A DNA stretch of 64,000 nt from Leptospirales bacterium (GTDB lineage: Bacteria; Spirochaetota; Leptospiria; Turneriellales; JAOUFE01), in NCBI GenBank assembly GCA_040326155.1, contig JBEQLE010000015.1:1-64000 (forward strand), given 5' to 3'. Positions within the stretch are counted from its first letter, which is position 1, and every line of letters starts with the position of its first letter. Of this stretch, positions 9,671-19,795 are shown piece after piece. A program made the translations under genes and the position numbers. Below the pieces are notes generated by a model. The model was not told the origin of the DNA and made no database searches. It worked only from the letters and a program-made list of their open reading frames with translations.

Positions 9671-11685
9671 AAAAACGAAATCTTATAATTATCTTTAGTG
9701 TCGCTCTATTTTCACTCGGCGGTCCGTTTGGTATAGTCGCCCAGGAACAGTTTAACGCTCCGTACTATAAAGTAAAAGGCGACGAAGCCGTTGCTTCTAA
9801 AAACAAGATGGAGGCAATTCGTTTATACAACAAAAGTCTATCCATTAACCCTGACTATGTTCCAGCTCTTATTTCACTTGGAAAATTATTACGACAAATA
9901 GACTCTTTGTCTGAATCGAGAAGTCGTCTTCAGAGAGCGCGCAAACTCGAAGAAAAAAACATAGAGGTAATAACAGAACTCGGTAAAACAGCTTTAAAAC
10001 AGTTGGACCTTGTTTATTGTCAAGAAATGGTTAAAGCGGGGCTTGCCATTGCGCCATACCACTCTGATCTTGAATATTTGCAATCGGAAATCTATATTAA
10101 ACAACAAAGGCTATACCTGGCGCAGAAAAAGCTGGTTCAGATTTTGCGAAATAACCCAGGGCATGCCCCTTCGTATCTTGCCCTGGGGCGAATTTATACG
10201 CACCAGAGAAGATTTGACAAAGCCCGAGAAGCTTTTGAAAGAGCCAGAGTTATTGATCCGGAAAATCCGCAAGTGTTTATAGATATGGCGCTAAATAGTT
10301 TTCAGAAAGTCATTCTTGAAAAGGGCGAATCTGTGTATGTGGCAAGTTCAGGCGGGAACCACAAACGTTTTTCAGAGGCCATTGGCCTGTTGAAAAATGC
10401 AATAGAGTATGACCCAAATATGGTCGAAGCGAACTTACTGCTTGGAAAAATTTACGCTGTGTATGGCGAATGCGAAACCGGAAAGGGATATTTTGAGCAG
10501 GTACTGCGACAAAACCAAAATCACCTTGTAGCCTCTTATTTGCTGGGTTTTTGCAATCCAAAAGAAAACATAAAAAAATATAGGACGATGTTGAATGATA
10601 ATCAAAACCATGAAATTCTTCGATACAGCCTTGAAAAAAAACTTTTTTTGCCGCCGGCTAGACGAGAAAATTACCTTCTTTTAGAAAGGGCCAGAGAACA
10701 TTATAACTACGGAAAAAGCCTGTTTCGGGCAAATCTTCATAAAAAAGCTATTTTTGAAATATCTTGGGCGCGCTACCTTTACCCGTCGTTTATACCGGCT
10801 CACAAAGAACTCTATTTGTATTATCGAAGCAAAAAAGATTTTGTGAAAATGGCCGATGAACTCGATTACCTGCGGCGAGTAACCGACGAAAAAGAGTACC
10901 AGGATATGTACGAAATGATGGTCAATAAACGTCGAGAGAAATTATATTATCGCGATGGTATCGTTCGTCCACGAGAGCATAAAACACCAACACCAATATA
11001 TGTCTTTTGGTTTCGTCCTGAAAATATTCTGGCCGATTACCCGGACGCAGGCGCTGCCATAGCTGAAAAATTGACATTTGCCTTAGATAGTCTGGGGCGG
11101 GTAAACATGCTGAGTCCCAGAGAGAGAATGACGATCGCCGGGAAAATAAAAGAAACTTCGGCAACCTATGGTAATGGTCTGGTTTATAACTCAGCTACCG
11201 GCAAAGCTCTTTGGCAATTTTACAGAACTGAATTGGTCGATAATGACAATGCTCCTTCGCGTGATTATGTTCGCTATGTTATAGACGGTGTTTATAAAGA
11301 ACTTCCCGACGGTATTGAAGTTACTGCCTATCTGGTGGACCTGGAAACGGGTAAAAAAATTAAAACCTTTAAAATGAGCGCATCAGGAAGGGGATATATT
11401 AGGGATATTGTTTTAAGCCTGGCCAAGAAGATTTATGCCAATATTCGTTTTCATGGAAAAATCATCAAGTTGACCGATAACGGGGTTGTTATTAACATGG
11501 GAACCCGTGACGGAATAAATAAAAAAACACGTCTCGGGGTGTATCGCGACGACCAGAAATTAATGGAACTGGAAGTGAAAATTCTCGATAAAGATATTTT
11601 ATGGGCTAAGCCTGAAAGTAAGATGGATATTTACCGCCTTCAGCCCGGTGATATAATTAAACTGGAAGTAGAAAAGAAAATATAA
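9667..11685 (+). CDS. Exported tetratricopeptide-repeat protein
   Basis: Signal peptide and multiple TPR repeats (e.g. SYLALGRIYTHQRRFDKAREAFERARVIDPEN); ATGA overlap with upstream gene. Confidence 0.8.
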   Translation: MKKRNLIIIFSVALFSLGGPFGIVAQEQFNAPYYKVKGDEAVASKNKMEAIRLYNKSLSINPDYVPALISLGKLLRQIDSLSESRSRLQRARKLEEKNIEVITELGKTALKQLDLVYCQEMVKAGLAIAPYHSDLEYLQSEIYIKQQRLYLAQKKLVQILRNNPGHAPSYLALGRIYTHQRRFDKAREAFERARVIDPENPQVFIDMALNSFQKVILEKGESVYVASSGGNHKRFSEAIGLLKNAIEYDPNMVEANLLLGKIYAVYGECETGKGYFEQVLRQNQNHLVASYLLGFCNPKENIKKYRTMLNDNQNHEILRYSLEKKLFLPPARRENYLLLERAREHYNYGKSLFRANLHKKAIFEISWARYLYPSFIPAHKELYLYYRSKKDFVKMADELDYLRRVTDEKEYQDMYEMMVNKRREKLYYRDGIVRPREHKTPTPIYVFWFRPENILADYPDAGAAIAEKLTFALDSLGRVNMLSPRERMTIAGKIKETSATYGNGLVYNSATGKALWQFYRTELVDNDNAPSRDYVRYVIDGVYKELPDGIEVTAYLVDLETGKKIKTFKMSASGRGYIRDIVLSLAKKIYANIRFHGKIIKLTDNGVVINMGTRDGINKKTRLGVYRDDQKLMELEVKILDKDILWAKPESKMDIYRLQPGDIIKLEVEKKI

Positions 11686-11696
11686 GCCTGGTTTTA

Positions 11697-12566
11697 TCAG
11701 TGAGATCCGCTTGCAATTAGCCAGGAAGATTCGTTAATTAACTCTGGGACGTTAAACCCGTCACTGCCAAGTGTTTGTTTCGCCTGACCGTTTATTAATA
11801 TTTTCAAGGAACGAACCCCCGAAAATTGACGAGCGGTTAACCAGATTTGGTTAATTTGCAATTTCAACGTTTCAAAACTGACACCCATCCCAAAATTTTC
11901 ATTGAGATCTATAATTAGTATATCCTGCTCAATTTTTACGCCAAGCACAAGGGGCTTGCCCGGAAAAGAGTCAATGAGGTCCGAACGCTCCAGGGTGAAA
12001 GAGGGCCCCTTGATTAACCCGATAAAAACCTGTTTTAAAGTAAGTTTTTGCGAAACAGTGTATTTTTTGAGTTCCAGGATGCCTGAATCATCCGTATAAA
12101 AATAGAGAATTGGATTATTGTAGTAGAGTCCTCCGGTTTGCGCTTCAACGCGGGCTGGATCTATAGGAATCGGGTTAGTATGATTATCCGGGTTATCAGG
12201 AATATTTGAATTATCGGGAACATTTGGGCGGGAGATCTGTCTGTTTATTTGAATATCCAGAGTTTTGTCAGGAATCACTGGCAGATTTGGTATATTCTGG
12301 GAAGTAACCGTTGGTGTAGTGTTCTGTTTCTTCTCTTCTTCGAAGCCTGAAATCCAGTCTGAAAGTTTCTTTTTCCAGGAGTCGGTTTTTACCTCTGCTC
12401 GTGATTGAGAATAATTACTCGATTGTGTAATATCTTCGTTTGCATTTTGCGACGATGTAAGTCGGTCAATTGCAAAAAAGCCCCAACCAATTACACCCAG
12501 AGTAAATAGCACCGGTACAATGCTATGATTTTTCTTTTTTTTGTATGTTCTTTTACCTTTGCTCAT
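11697..12566 (-). CDS. Membrane-anchored GerMN-domain protein
   Basis: TM helix, Pro/Asn-rich linker, C-terminal LIKGPS...IDLNENF...QIWLTARQFSGVRSLKILING GerMN pattern. Confidence 0.8.
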   Translation of the reverse strand: MSKGKRTYKKKKNHSIVPVLFTLGVIGWGFFAIDRLTSSQNANEDITQSSNYSQSRAEVKTDSWKKKLSDWISGFEEEKKQNTTPTVTSQNIPNLPVIPDKTLDIQINRQISRPNVPDNSNIPDNPDNHTNPIPIDPARVEAQTGGLYYNNPILYFYTDDSGILELKKYTVSQKLTLKQVFIGLIKGPSFTLERSDLIDSFPGKPLVLGVKIEQDILIIDLNENFGMGVSFETLKLQINQIWLTARQFSGVRSLKILINGQAKQTLGSDGFNVPELINESSWLIASGSH

Positions 12567-12631
12567 GAAAATGCCTGAAACAGATAGCCAAACCTGTTTA
12601 TCTAATATTATTATCGGTAAACCTGAACATG

Positions 12632-13171
12632 TTACTTGAAAATTGTTTTGCGCTGTCCTTTTTTATTGATTTTTCCGGGTATAAGTTTTATGGGACGGCG
12701 AATAATTGTATTTAGCAGGTCTTTTCGAGATACGCGATACGTTCCGTTCCATTTACCTCCGAGTGTGGTTTCATACACCATTCTTCCCGGAAACAGATCT
12801 TTGTAGGCAAGTAAAAGATCGGCAGTTTGTTTATCACTCCAGCGAACTTTTTTAAAGGTCTTTGTTTTGCTTTTCTTTCGAAAATTTTCAAAAGAAAGCA
12901 TTTTACTGTCACTCATCTTATAATTTTTAAATTCAAGTTTATAGGAAGCCCATTGTTGAACTGTTTTAATGCGGCAAGCGTCGACAAGTTGATTCTTTTT
13001 TTCTTCTTGCTTCTCCAGAGAAACGGAACATAACGCCTGGTGGTTATCTTTATCTATAAACCCTTCTATTTGTTGAATAGGAACACCCTGGTTTTGTTCT
13101 GTGTATTGTACCGGGGCACAATACAGCTGCATGAATAGAAGTGTCAATATAACAGAGTGGTTTACATTCAT
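12632..13171 (-). CDS. Hypothetical lipoprotein
   Basis: 179-aa ORF directly downstream of rho; hydrophobic leader ending in LYC. Confidence 0.6.
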   Translation of the reverse strand: MNVNHSVILTLLFMQLYCAPVQYTEQNQGVPIQQIEGFIDKDNHQALCSVSLEKQEEKKNQLVDACRIKTVQQWASYKLEFKNYKMSDSKMLSFENFRKKSKTKTFKKVRWSDKQTADLLLAYKDLFPGRMVYETTLGGKWNGTYRVSRKDLLNTIIRRPIKLIPGKINKKGQRKTIFK

Positions 13172-13175
13172 TACA

Positions 13176-14549
13176 TCAATTGACCTGCATACTGTCGAGA
13201 AACGCTTCGTTGCTTTTAGTTCCTTTTAGTTTTTCGAGTAAAAGTTCCATGCTCTCTACAGGATTAAGCGGTGCGAGTACTTTGCGTAAAACCCATATAC
13301 GGTTTAAATCTTCCGCTTTTATTAAAAGTTCTTCTTTTCTAGTCGCTGACTTGTTCAGATCAATAGATGGGAAAATTCGTCTCTCTGTAATTTTCCGGTC
13401 AAGCTGTATTTCCATGTTTCCAGTACCTTTGAACTCTTCAAAAATAACTTCATCCATTTTAGAGCCGGTTTCAACCAGAGCGGTGGCTATAATCGTTAGA
13501 CTTCCACCTTCTTCAATGTTTCTAGCAGCCCCAAAAAATCTTTTGGGTTTATGCAAGGCATTCGAATCAACCCCCCCTGAAAGTACTTTTCCTGAGGAAG
13601 GAATAACTTGATTATAAGCTCGCGCCAGTCTGGTGATAGAATCGAGCAAAATAACAACATCTTTTTTGTGTTCTACCAGACGTTTTGCTTTTTCGATGAC
13701 CATTTCTGCGACTTGAACGTGGCGCGAAGCTGGTTCGTCAAATGTGGAAGATATAACTTCGCCTTTGACGTTTCGGGCCATATCGGTAACTTCTTCAGGC
13801 CGTTCATCAATTAATAGTACAATTAGAATTACATCTTCGTGGTTTGCGGTAATTGCATTTGCAATATCCTGCATAATGGTGGTTTTACCCGTTCGAGGCG
13901 GGGCGACAATGAGTCCCCTTTGGCCTTTACCGATCGGAGCGATCATATCAATTACTCTGCATGTCAATTGATCAGAGTTGGTTTCAAGAGACAAAGCTTC
14001 TTCCGGATAAAGAGGAGTAAGATTATCAAAATGGACCCGTCGTTGTGCTTCGTTTACAGGTTCTTTGTTTATACTTTCAATGCGCAAGATGGCGAAAAAA
14101 CGCTCGTTATCTTTGGGGGAACGAATTTGACCATATACGGTGTCTCCCTTTCGAAGGTTAAACATTCGAATTTGCGAAGGGCTTACATAAATGTCATCGG
14201 GCCCTGCGAGGTAGTTATAGTCAGAGGAACGTAAAAAGCCGTAACCATCAGGTAGTATTTCAAGCGTTCCTTCCCCGAATACAAGTCCGTTGTTTTCAGA
14301 CTGGGCTTGCAATATGGAAAATAGCAAAGCGGGTTTCTTTAAGTCACCAGGATTTTCAATTTTAAGGTCTTCAGCAAGCAGTAGAAGTTCATTCATCGAC
14401 TTTCGCTTCATTACACTGATATCGAGTTTGATCATATTCTCGTTTTTAGCGTCCTGATTTTCTTTACCAGGATTATTTTTTTTGTTGTTTCTTCCTGAGT
14501 TATCAGGTTTAGTAATCTTTTTACTGTGTTTTTTAGTTGTGTTATCCAT
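13176..14549 (-). CDS. rho: Transcription termination factor Rho
   Basis: [56 protein letters not shown]. Confidence 0.98.
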   Translation of the reverse strand: MDNTTKKHSKKITKPDNSGRNNKKNNPGKENQDAKNENMIKLDISVMKRKSMNELLLLAEDLKIENPGDLKKPALLFSILQAQSENNGLVFGEGTLEILPDGYGFLRSSDYNYLAGPDDIYVSPSQIRMFNLRKGDTVYGQIRSPKDNERFFAILRIESINKEPVNEAQRRVHFDNLTPLYPEEALSLETNSDQLTCRVIDMIAPIGKGQRGLIVAPPRTGKTTIMQDIANAITANHEDVILIVLLIDERPEEVTDMARNVKGEVISSTFDEPASRHVQVAEMVIEKAKRLVEHKKDVVILLDSITRLARAYNQVIPSSGKVLSGGVDSNALHKPKRFFGAARNIEEGGSLTIIATALVETGSKMDEVIFEEFKGTGNMEIQLDRKITERRIFPSIDLNKSATRKEELLIKAEDLNRIWVLRKVLAPLNPVESMELLLEKLKGTKSNEAFLDSMQVN

Positions 14550-14620
14550 TTTATTTTCCTACGTAAATATTAATGCGAGTTTTTTTGAATTTGTATAAAA
14601 TCCCTTGTAAATAGAATAAG

Positions 14621-14640
14621 CGGCGGATTTTACTCCGCCG
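14621..14640 (-). terminator. GC-rich hairpin between the LipL71-like gene and rho
   Basis: CGGCGGA-TTTTAC-TCCGCCG 7-bp perfect stem; followed on the minus strand by CTTATTCTATTT. Confidence 0.55.
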
Positions 14641-14694
14641 TTTAAGGGATAGGTTTGCGTTTGTGTTTATTTTAAAACGATAGAAAGTTGAATG

Positions 14695-16194
14695 TTATGG
14701 AGTTGTAGTGTTGGCATCGTTCGAGTCTTCATAAGAGTCGTCTTCATATGCCGCATCATCTTCCGTGGTTTTTTCTTCCTCGTTGGTTGTTCCTGATTCT
14801 GTTTTCTTTTCGGGGTTCTCTTTTTGTTCTTTTCTTTTCCGAATAAGCTCACTTAGTGAACCGTCTTTAGGTGGAATGTCGAAAACTTGTCCCGGAAAAA
14901 TTAAGTCAGGGTTTCTAATTTTATGCTTATTTGCTTTATAAATACGGGACCAAAGGTATGGGTTTCCGTATATAAAACTATATTCAGAGATTTTCCAAAG
15001 ACAATCTCGGTTTCTTGGAATTAATCTAACTGTATAAGTTTTCCAATCTTTTTCTATACCTTTACCGGTAGGGTCATCGTCAGTAGGGTCAGTAGGGTCA
15101 TTGTCGGTTGGATCGATATTTACCACCTGGTCATTGGCAGATTTTCCCGTGGCTAGCATTACAAGAAGTAAAGGAATCTGTTCTCTTACGATGCTGGACA
15201 AACGAATTGCTTCTTCTGATTGTGAATAACTATCATCGTATTCACTTGCTTCAAGAGCGTCTCCGGAGGCGCTTAAGAATTCTTGTGCAGATAAAAGAGC
15301 TTCTTGAGTGCTTTTATAGTTGGTTTGAGCTTCTTCGTTATTAAGAAATTCTTGTTTTTTTGCCGAATTGTCAAGGCGTTCTTTAAAAGCAACCATTTGA
15401 CTTTCAGCTTCTTCTACAGCAGCTGATGCTTCAATTCTCTTATTGGTCGCCCAGTTTTTCTTCGCAATACTAAGTGCTTGATCAATGTTTTCTTTTGCTA
15501 TTTGAAGCGATTCATATGCGTCTTTTAACATCATGTTTGAAATTGCTTCGTCTGCTTTGTCGAGCTCATCTTCGGCAGTATTGATTTTATCTGGCGATGA
15601 CGTATCAGCCTTGTATTGGATAGCTTCTTTAAGTTGATCTCTTGCGGCTTGTACTTCACGTCCAAGCTCTTCGGCATGGGCTTCGGCTTTATCTCGCGCT
15701 TTGACGGCTTCTTCACGAGCCTGCTCGTAGTCCAAAAAGGAGTTGTAATAGTCTTCTGCCTGAAACTTTTCATCTCCAGAGGCGAGGTAACTGATTGCAG
15801 CTTCATATTCAACGGCGGCAAACTCTTCAGCGTAGGCGCGTTCGGCCTGGGCCATAATTTCTTCGGCTTCGGTTTTGGTATCTTTAGCTAAAAGTGGGGC
15901 AGAGGTGTTAAACGCTTCTATAGCGAGGTCACGAGCTTCAATAGCTTTTTCTCTAGCTTCTTTAATCTTTTTATCACCTACAAAATCATGTGCTTCAAAC
16001 AAAGCAGTTTTAGCCGCTTCCAGTTTTTCTGGAGCATATTTTGCGGCATTCACTGATTCAGCGCGATTGATTTCATATCGAGCGGTACCCATTTCCTGAA
16101 CAGGGATGGGGTCTCCACAATATAGTACTGATAACCCTACGATTGTAATTATAAGGATGTTTAATTTCTTTTTAAAAAAAACCGATTTTTGCAT
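14695..16194 (-). CDS. LipL71/LruA-like lipoprotein (coiled coil + C-terminal LysM)
   Basis: Lipobox VLYC, Ala/Glu-rich helical repeats, LysM-like YTVRLIPRNRDCLWKIS...IYKANKHKIRNPDLIFPGQVFDIP. Confidence 0.8.
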   Translation of the reverse strand: MQKSVFFKKKLNILIITIVGLSVLYCGDPIPVQEMGTARYEINRAESVNAAKYAPEKLEAAKTALFEAHDFVGDKKIKEAREKAIEARDLAIEAFNTSAPLLAKDTKTEAEEIMAQAERAYAEEFAAVEYEAAISYLASGDEKFQAEDYYNSFLDYEQAREEAVKARDKAEAHAEELGREVQAARDQLKEAIQYKADTSSPDKINTAEDELDKADEAISNMMLKDAYESLQIAKENIDQALSIAKKNWATNKRIEASAAVEEAESQMVAFKERLDNSAKKQEFLNNEEAQTNYKSTQEALLSAQEFLSASGDALEASEYDDSYSQSEEAIRLSSIVREQIPLLLVMLATGKSANDQVVNIDPTDNDPTDPTDDDPTGKGIEKDWKTYTVRLIPRNRDCLWKISEYSFIYGNPYLWSRIYKANKHKIRNPDLIFPGQVFDIPPKDGSLSELIRKRKEQKENPEKKTESGTTNEEEKTTEDDAAYEDDSYEDSNDANTTTP

Positions 16195-16634
16195 TTATTT
16201 CTCCTGAGTGCGATGTATTCTATGTATTTTAATTTCTAAAGAACAACTATTTTTTACCTTTAACGATGACAAGTAGAAAAATAGAAATCAATATACTTCA
16301 TAGCAACCTGGCTTGTAAAGGAAAGTTTTGTAAAAAACTGTAATAAAATTGAAAAGGCTGAAACTACACAGAAATATATTCATAATAAACGAGAAGATGC
16401 AGGGGGACGACAATTCTTGTACAAAAAAAATCTGTATTTGAAACCCGCTGAACGAGCTTAAGTGGAATACAAACAGGGAACGGTCCTTTCTCCCCTTTTA
16501 AAAAAGTTTTCTATTGCTTCATCTTGCTCTTTATATAGAAGGTTCTTTACTAATGGTGGGGAATTTCCGACCATATTTTTTTCCATCCTGTGTTTTTACA
16601 CAAAAATAGCCTGATTTCCCTGGCGAGGTGAAAA

Positions 16635-17825
16635 ATGCTTGTCAATGTTATGTCTCATCAATTAATGGGACATAATATGGAAGCATACACAAATGGGAAT
16701 TTGAATGAGTACAATGGCCATGTTGGTCAAAAGAAATTTGGTAAAGAGGGGATTGTTTTTTATAAACCTACTTTATCAAAACGAGATATTAAATCGGTGA
16801 TGGAAGCCATGGTCCAGGATGAGATATCCTCGGGGTCGGTCGTTTTAAATTACGAAAAAGAGTTTGCATCGACTTTTGGTTTTCGTCATGCTTTGTCTGC
16901 ATTGTCATGGACCGCAGCCTACCATCTGGCTTTTATGTCGGTTGGGATTGGACAAGGGGACGAGGTCATTCTCTCTTCGGTTGCTCCTGTCGCTGTTTTG
17001 GACGCTATTAACCAGACCCAGGCCGAACCCATCGTTATTGATATAGCAAAAGAGAGTTTTCACCCGAGTCGGGACCTGATTTTCGATAAAATTTCAGAGA
17101 AAACAAAAGCAATTGTATTCCAATATCCTTATGGATCTTATTTCAACTACGATGATATTCGTGTTGAAATTCAAGAGTTAAATCGTAAACGTGATCATAA
17201 AATTCGAATTATCGAAGATATCTCTTATAATGTAGGTACTGAAGTAGATGGATTGTACATTGGTTCACAAGCGGACATTGCTATCGCTGGTTTGCATGAA
17301 GATATGCTGATGACGATTGGAAAGGGTGCCATGGTGTTAACCAATTCCAGGAATATTTTTGGTACGGCAAAAGATCTTAGAATGCACGCTTCGGGAAGTC
17401 CATATCGCCTTAGATACGATTACACCATTACGGATTATCAGGCAGCAATGGGTCTTGAGCAACTTGGTCAACTTTCGATTGTTTCTGAAAGGCGAAAAAA
17501 AATTGGTGATAAGTATATGGAAAGTATTAAAAGCGTTTCGGCTATTTCCACTTTTTTTAAATCTCATGAGTTTGACGCTTTTGGAGCATTTCCGTTAATC
17601 TTTCAAAAACCCCAGGACTACATTGAACGATATTTTCACTCTCTGCAAATTGAAACTCGACGCACCACGCCTCTGGGTACTTTGCATGAAATGCTAGGTT
17701 TCCCTGGCAGTGAATTTCCAAACGCACAAAAACTATACGATCGCGGTATTTTGCTGCCTTTGTACCCGAATTTAACGAAAATGAACATCGAACGCATTAT
17801 ATCTTCTCTTCGTGGTTTTTATTAA
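16635..17825 (+). CDS. DegT/DnrJ/EryC1/StrS-family aminotransferase-like protein (canonical catalytic Lys absent)
   Basis: GDEVI, IIED and LPLYPNL family motifs; PLP-Lys segment reads GLHEDMLMTIGKGAMV. Confidence 0.85.
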   Translation: MLVNVMSHQLMGHNMEAYTNGNLNEYNGHVGQKKFGKEGIVFYKPTLSKRDIKSVMEAMVQDEISSGSVVLNYEKEFASTFGFRHALSALSWTAAYHLAFMSVGIGQGDEVILSSVAPVAVLDAINQTQAEPIVIDIAKESFHPSRDLIFDKISEKTKAIVFQYPYGSYFNYDDIRVEIQELNRKRDHKIRIIEDISYNVGTEVDGLYIGSQADIAIAGLHEDMLMTIGKGAMVLTNSRNIFGTAKDLRMHASGSPYRLRYDYTITDYQAAMGLEQLGQLSIVSERRKKIGDKYMESIKSVSAISTFFKSHEFDAFGAFPLIFQKPQDYIERYFHSLQIETRRTTPLGTLHEMLGFPGSEFPNAQKLYDRGILLPLYPNLTKMNIERIISSLRGFY

Positions 17826-17839
17826 GAAGAAATAAAATT

Positions 17840-18019
17840 TGGTATTATAAAATACCGGTTCAACCTGATCATATTCTGGAAATTCGTTTGAACCCTGAGA
17901 CCTGGGTGAAGATTGTTCGGATTGCACTCATGAAAGAGAAGAGTTATTCGTGGGTTGTGCGTTACTGCTTGTTTCGCATGATCAAGCAAAAAGACCCGCG
18001 AACGCATCCACCCGTTTGA
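17840..18019 (+). pseudogene. Ribbon-helix-helix-like coding fragment without a conventional start codon
   Basis: Open frame ...PDHILEIRLNPETWVKIVRIALMKEKSYSWVVRYCLFRMIKQK..., stop at 18017-18019. Confidence 0.4.
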
Positions 18020-18216
18020 CTACTGGTAATTTACAATAGAGCCTTACTATTCCTGTGAAATAAGGTTTGTGTTTCCACAGTTATTCTCAGTTTTGGCCTA
18101 TGAAATAAATTGGAATCACGTTATTTGCTACATGTAGCATCGCTTTTTTAAGCCCGTCAGCAAAGCCTGGCATCTATGCAAAGAATAAATGTCAGTTTGG
18201 CCCGCCTGAAAAACAA

Positions 18217-18657
18217 ATGCTAGTCTATAATAAAAAACTTCATTCTACAGATATCGAAGTGTCAACGAAGCATTCAGTGCTTACGGAAAAGGTTGCGAAT
18301 AAGCAGGGTATAACCCTGAGTTTACTTCGCGGCGGTTGTAAGTCATTGATTATAGCATATGCTTTTGAAAACATAGAATATCTTCCAAAGGTTGAAAAGG
18401 ATAACTGGTCTGCTTTTGGTAATCGGGCCATTCTGCATGCTAAATGGACTGTATTACAAAATTTAATTGCAGAATTTAAACTAAAGGATGATTTCGTAAT
18501 TAAAGCCTTTAAAGAATTTAATAAATTGCCTCCAGGCAAAAGAAAATTAAATGCAATGGGCCAATTCCCGTGTGGAACAAAAGAAGATACATGTTATATT
18601 GGTACAGGCAAAACAAACTTGTATCTAAGACATGAGTTTCTCCCGAAAAATTATTAA
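18217..18657 (+). CDS. Hypothetical protein
   Basis: 146-aa ORF; no motif recognised. Confidence 0.45.
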   Translation: MLVYNKKLHSTDIEVSTKHSVLTEKVANKQGITLSLLRGGCKSLIIAYAFENIEYLPKVEKDNWSAFGNRAILHAKWTVLQNLIAEFKLKDDFVIKAFKEFNKLPPGKRKLNAMGQFPCGTKEDTCYIGTGKTNLYLRHEFLPKNY

Positions 18658-18658
18658 C

Positions 18659-18699
18659 AAAAAAATAAAAGTAGTCCCCAAATTTAATTTTGGAGACTA
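18659..18699 (-). terminator. Intrinsic terminator oriented on the minus strand
   Basis: Minus strand: TAGTCTCCAAA-ATTAAA-TTTGGGGACTA (one G.U pair) followed by CTTTTATTTTTTT. Confidence 0.7.
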
Positions 18700-18877
18700 T
18701 TCACCAGTCAAATATTCCATGAGGCGCTTTACACAACATCGTAAAATGTCTCCTTGAATATCCATAGGTCCGGGCTATCGTATTTGGTGTCAAAGAAGCT
18801 CCGTGAATCTTTTCGGGGTAACCAAATTCTCATAATTTAGCAATTGACCGCATAGAGCAAAGCCTCGATTTATAACT

Positions 18878-19702
18878 ATGTCCTTTGCAAAAAAAATATC
18901 GGGTTGTATTATTACTTTGAATGAAGAAAAAACAATCGGCGACGCCCTGGACAGTCTCGATTTTTGTGATGAAATTGTGATTGTCGATTCAAATTCCACA
19001 GACCGGACTCACGCCATAATAAAAGGATTTTCAAATAAGTTTAAAACAGCGAAAGGTGCAAATAAAGGCCCCGTTATTAAAGTAATACAACAAAAGTTTC
19101 TCGGCTATGGACCACAGAAGAATTTTGCCACAAGTAAATGCTCTTTTGAGTGGGTGCTGTCCATAGATTCTGATGAGAGAGTTTCACCTCAATTACACGA
19201 TTCTATACAAAAGTGGCGCAATAGTGAAGATGATGCAGAGATCGGCGCGTATGTGACCAATCGACGAAACTTTTATATTGATCGCTGGGTGTATCACTCC
19301 GGTTGGTATCCAGATCGCCGAATTCGATTTTTTCGAAAAGGGTGGGGACAATGGGCCGATGTCCAGGTTCATGAACTTTACGAGCAAAGCAAAGGCAAAA
19401 CCGGTTATTTAAAAGGTGACTTACTTCATTATTCCATAATGTCGCTGGACGCCCATATTGATAATACCAACAGGTTTACCACCGCCGCAGCACAGGAGGC
19501 TTTTGCCCGAGGAAAAAATTCTGGAATTGTTGGCATTATATTTCGAGCATTTTTTACCTTCATTAAAATGTACTTTGTTAAACTCGGTTTTCTTGATGGA
19601 AAATCTGGATTCATTCTTGCCATTATGTCCTCGTATTATTCATTTGCCAAGTACACGAAACTATGGTATTTGTGTCGTCAAAAAGAAAAAAATGGAAATT
19701 AG
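18878..19702 (+). CDS. Glycosyltransferase family 2 (WaaE/KdtX-like beta-1,4-glucosyltransferase)
   Basis: ITLNEEK, VDSNSTDRT, WVLSIDSDER, VHE, GFLDGKSG motifs. Confidence 0.9.
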   Translation: MSFAKKISGCIITLNEEKTIGDALDSLDFCDEIVIVDSNSTDRTHAIIKGFSNKFKTAKGANKGPVIKVIQQKFLGYGPQKNFATSKCSFEWVLSIDSDERVSPQLHDSIQKWRNSEDDAEIGAYVTNRRNFYIDRWVYHSGWYPDRRIRFFRKGWGQWADVQVHELYEQSKGKTGYLKGDLLHYSIMSLDAHIDNTNRFTTAAAQEAFARGKNSGIVGIIFRAFFTFIKMYFVKLGFLDGKSGFILAIMSSYYSFAKYTKLWYLCRQKEKNGN

Positions 19703-19795
19703 CCTCGACTTTTTAGGTTTTACACCATTTAAGCCGATATTATGCATAGATTATTTTCCAGTGGACCATTTTTTTTGTATTATTGAGTAGTAATT

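Noticed and set aside
18760..18830. c-di-GMP-I riboswitch (TACGATAGCC-like 3' segment on the minus strand)
   Set aside because: The GGCAAA/GAAA/GACGCAAA core is missing.
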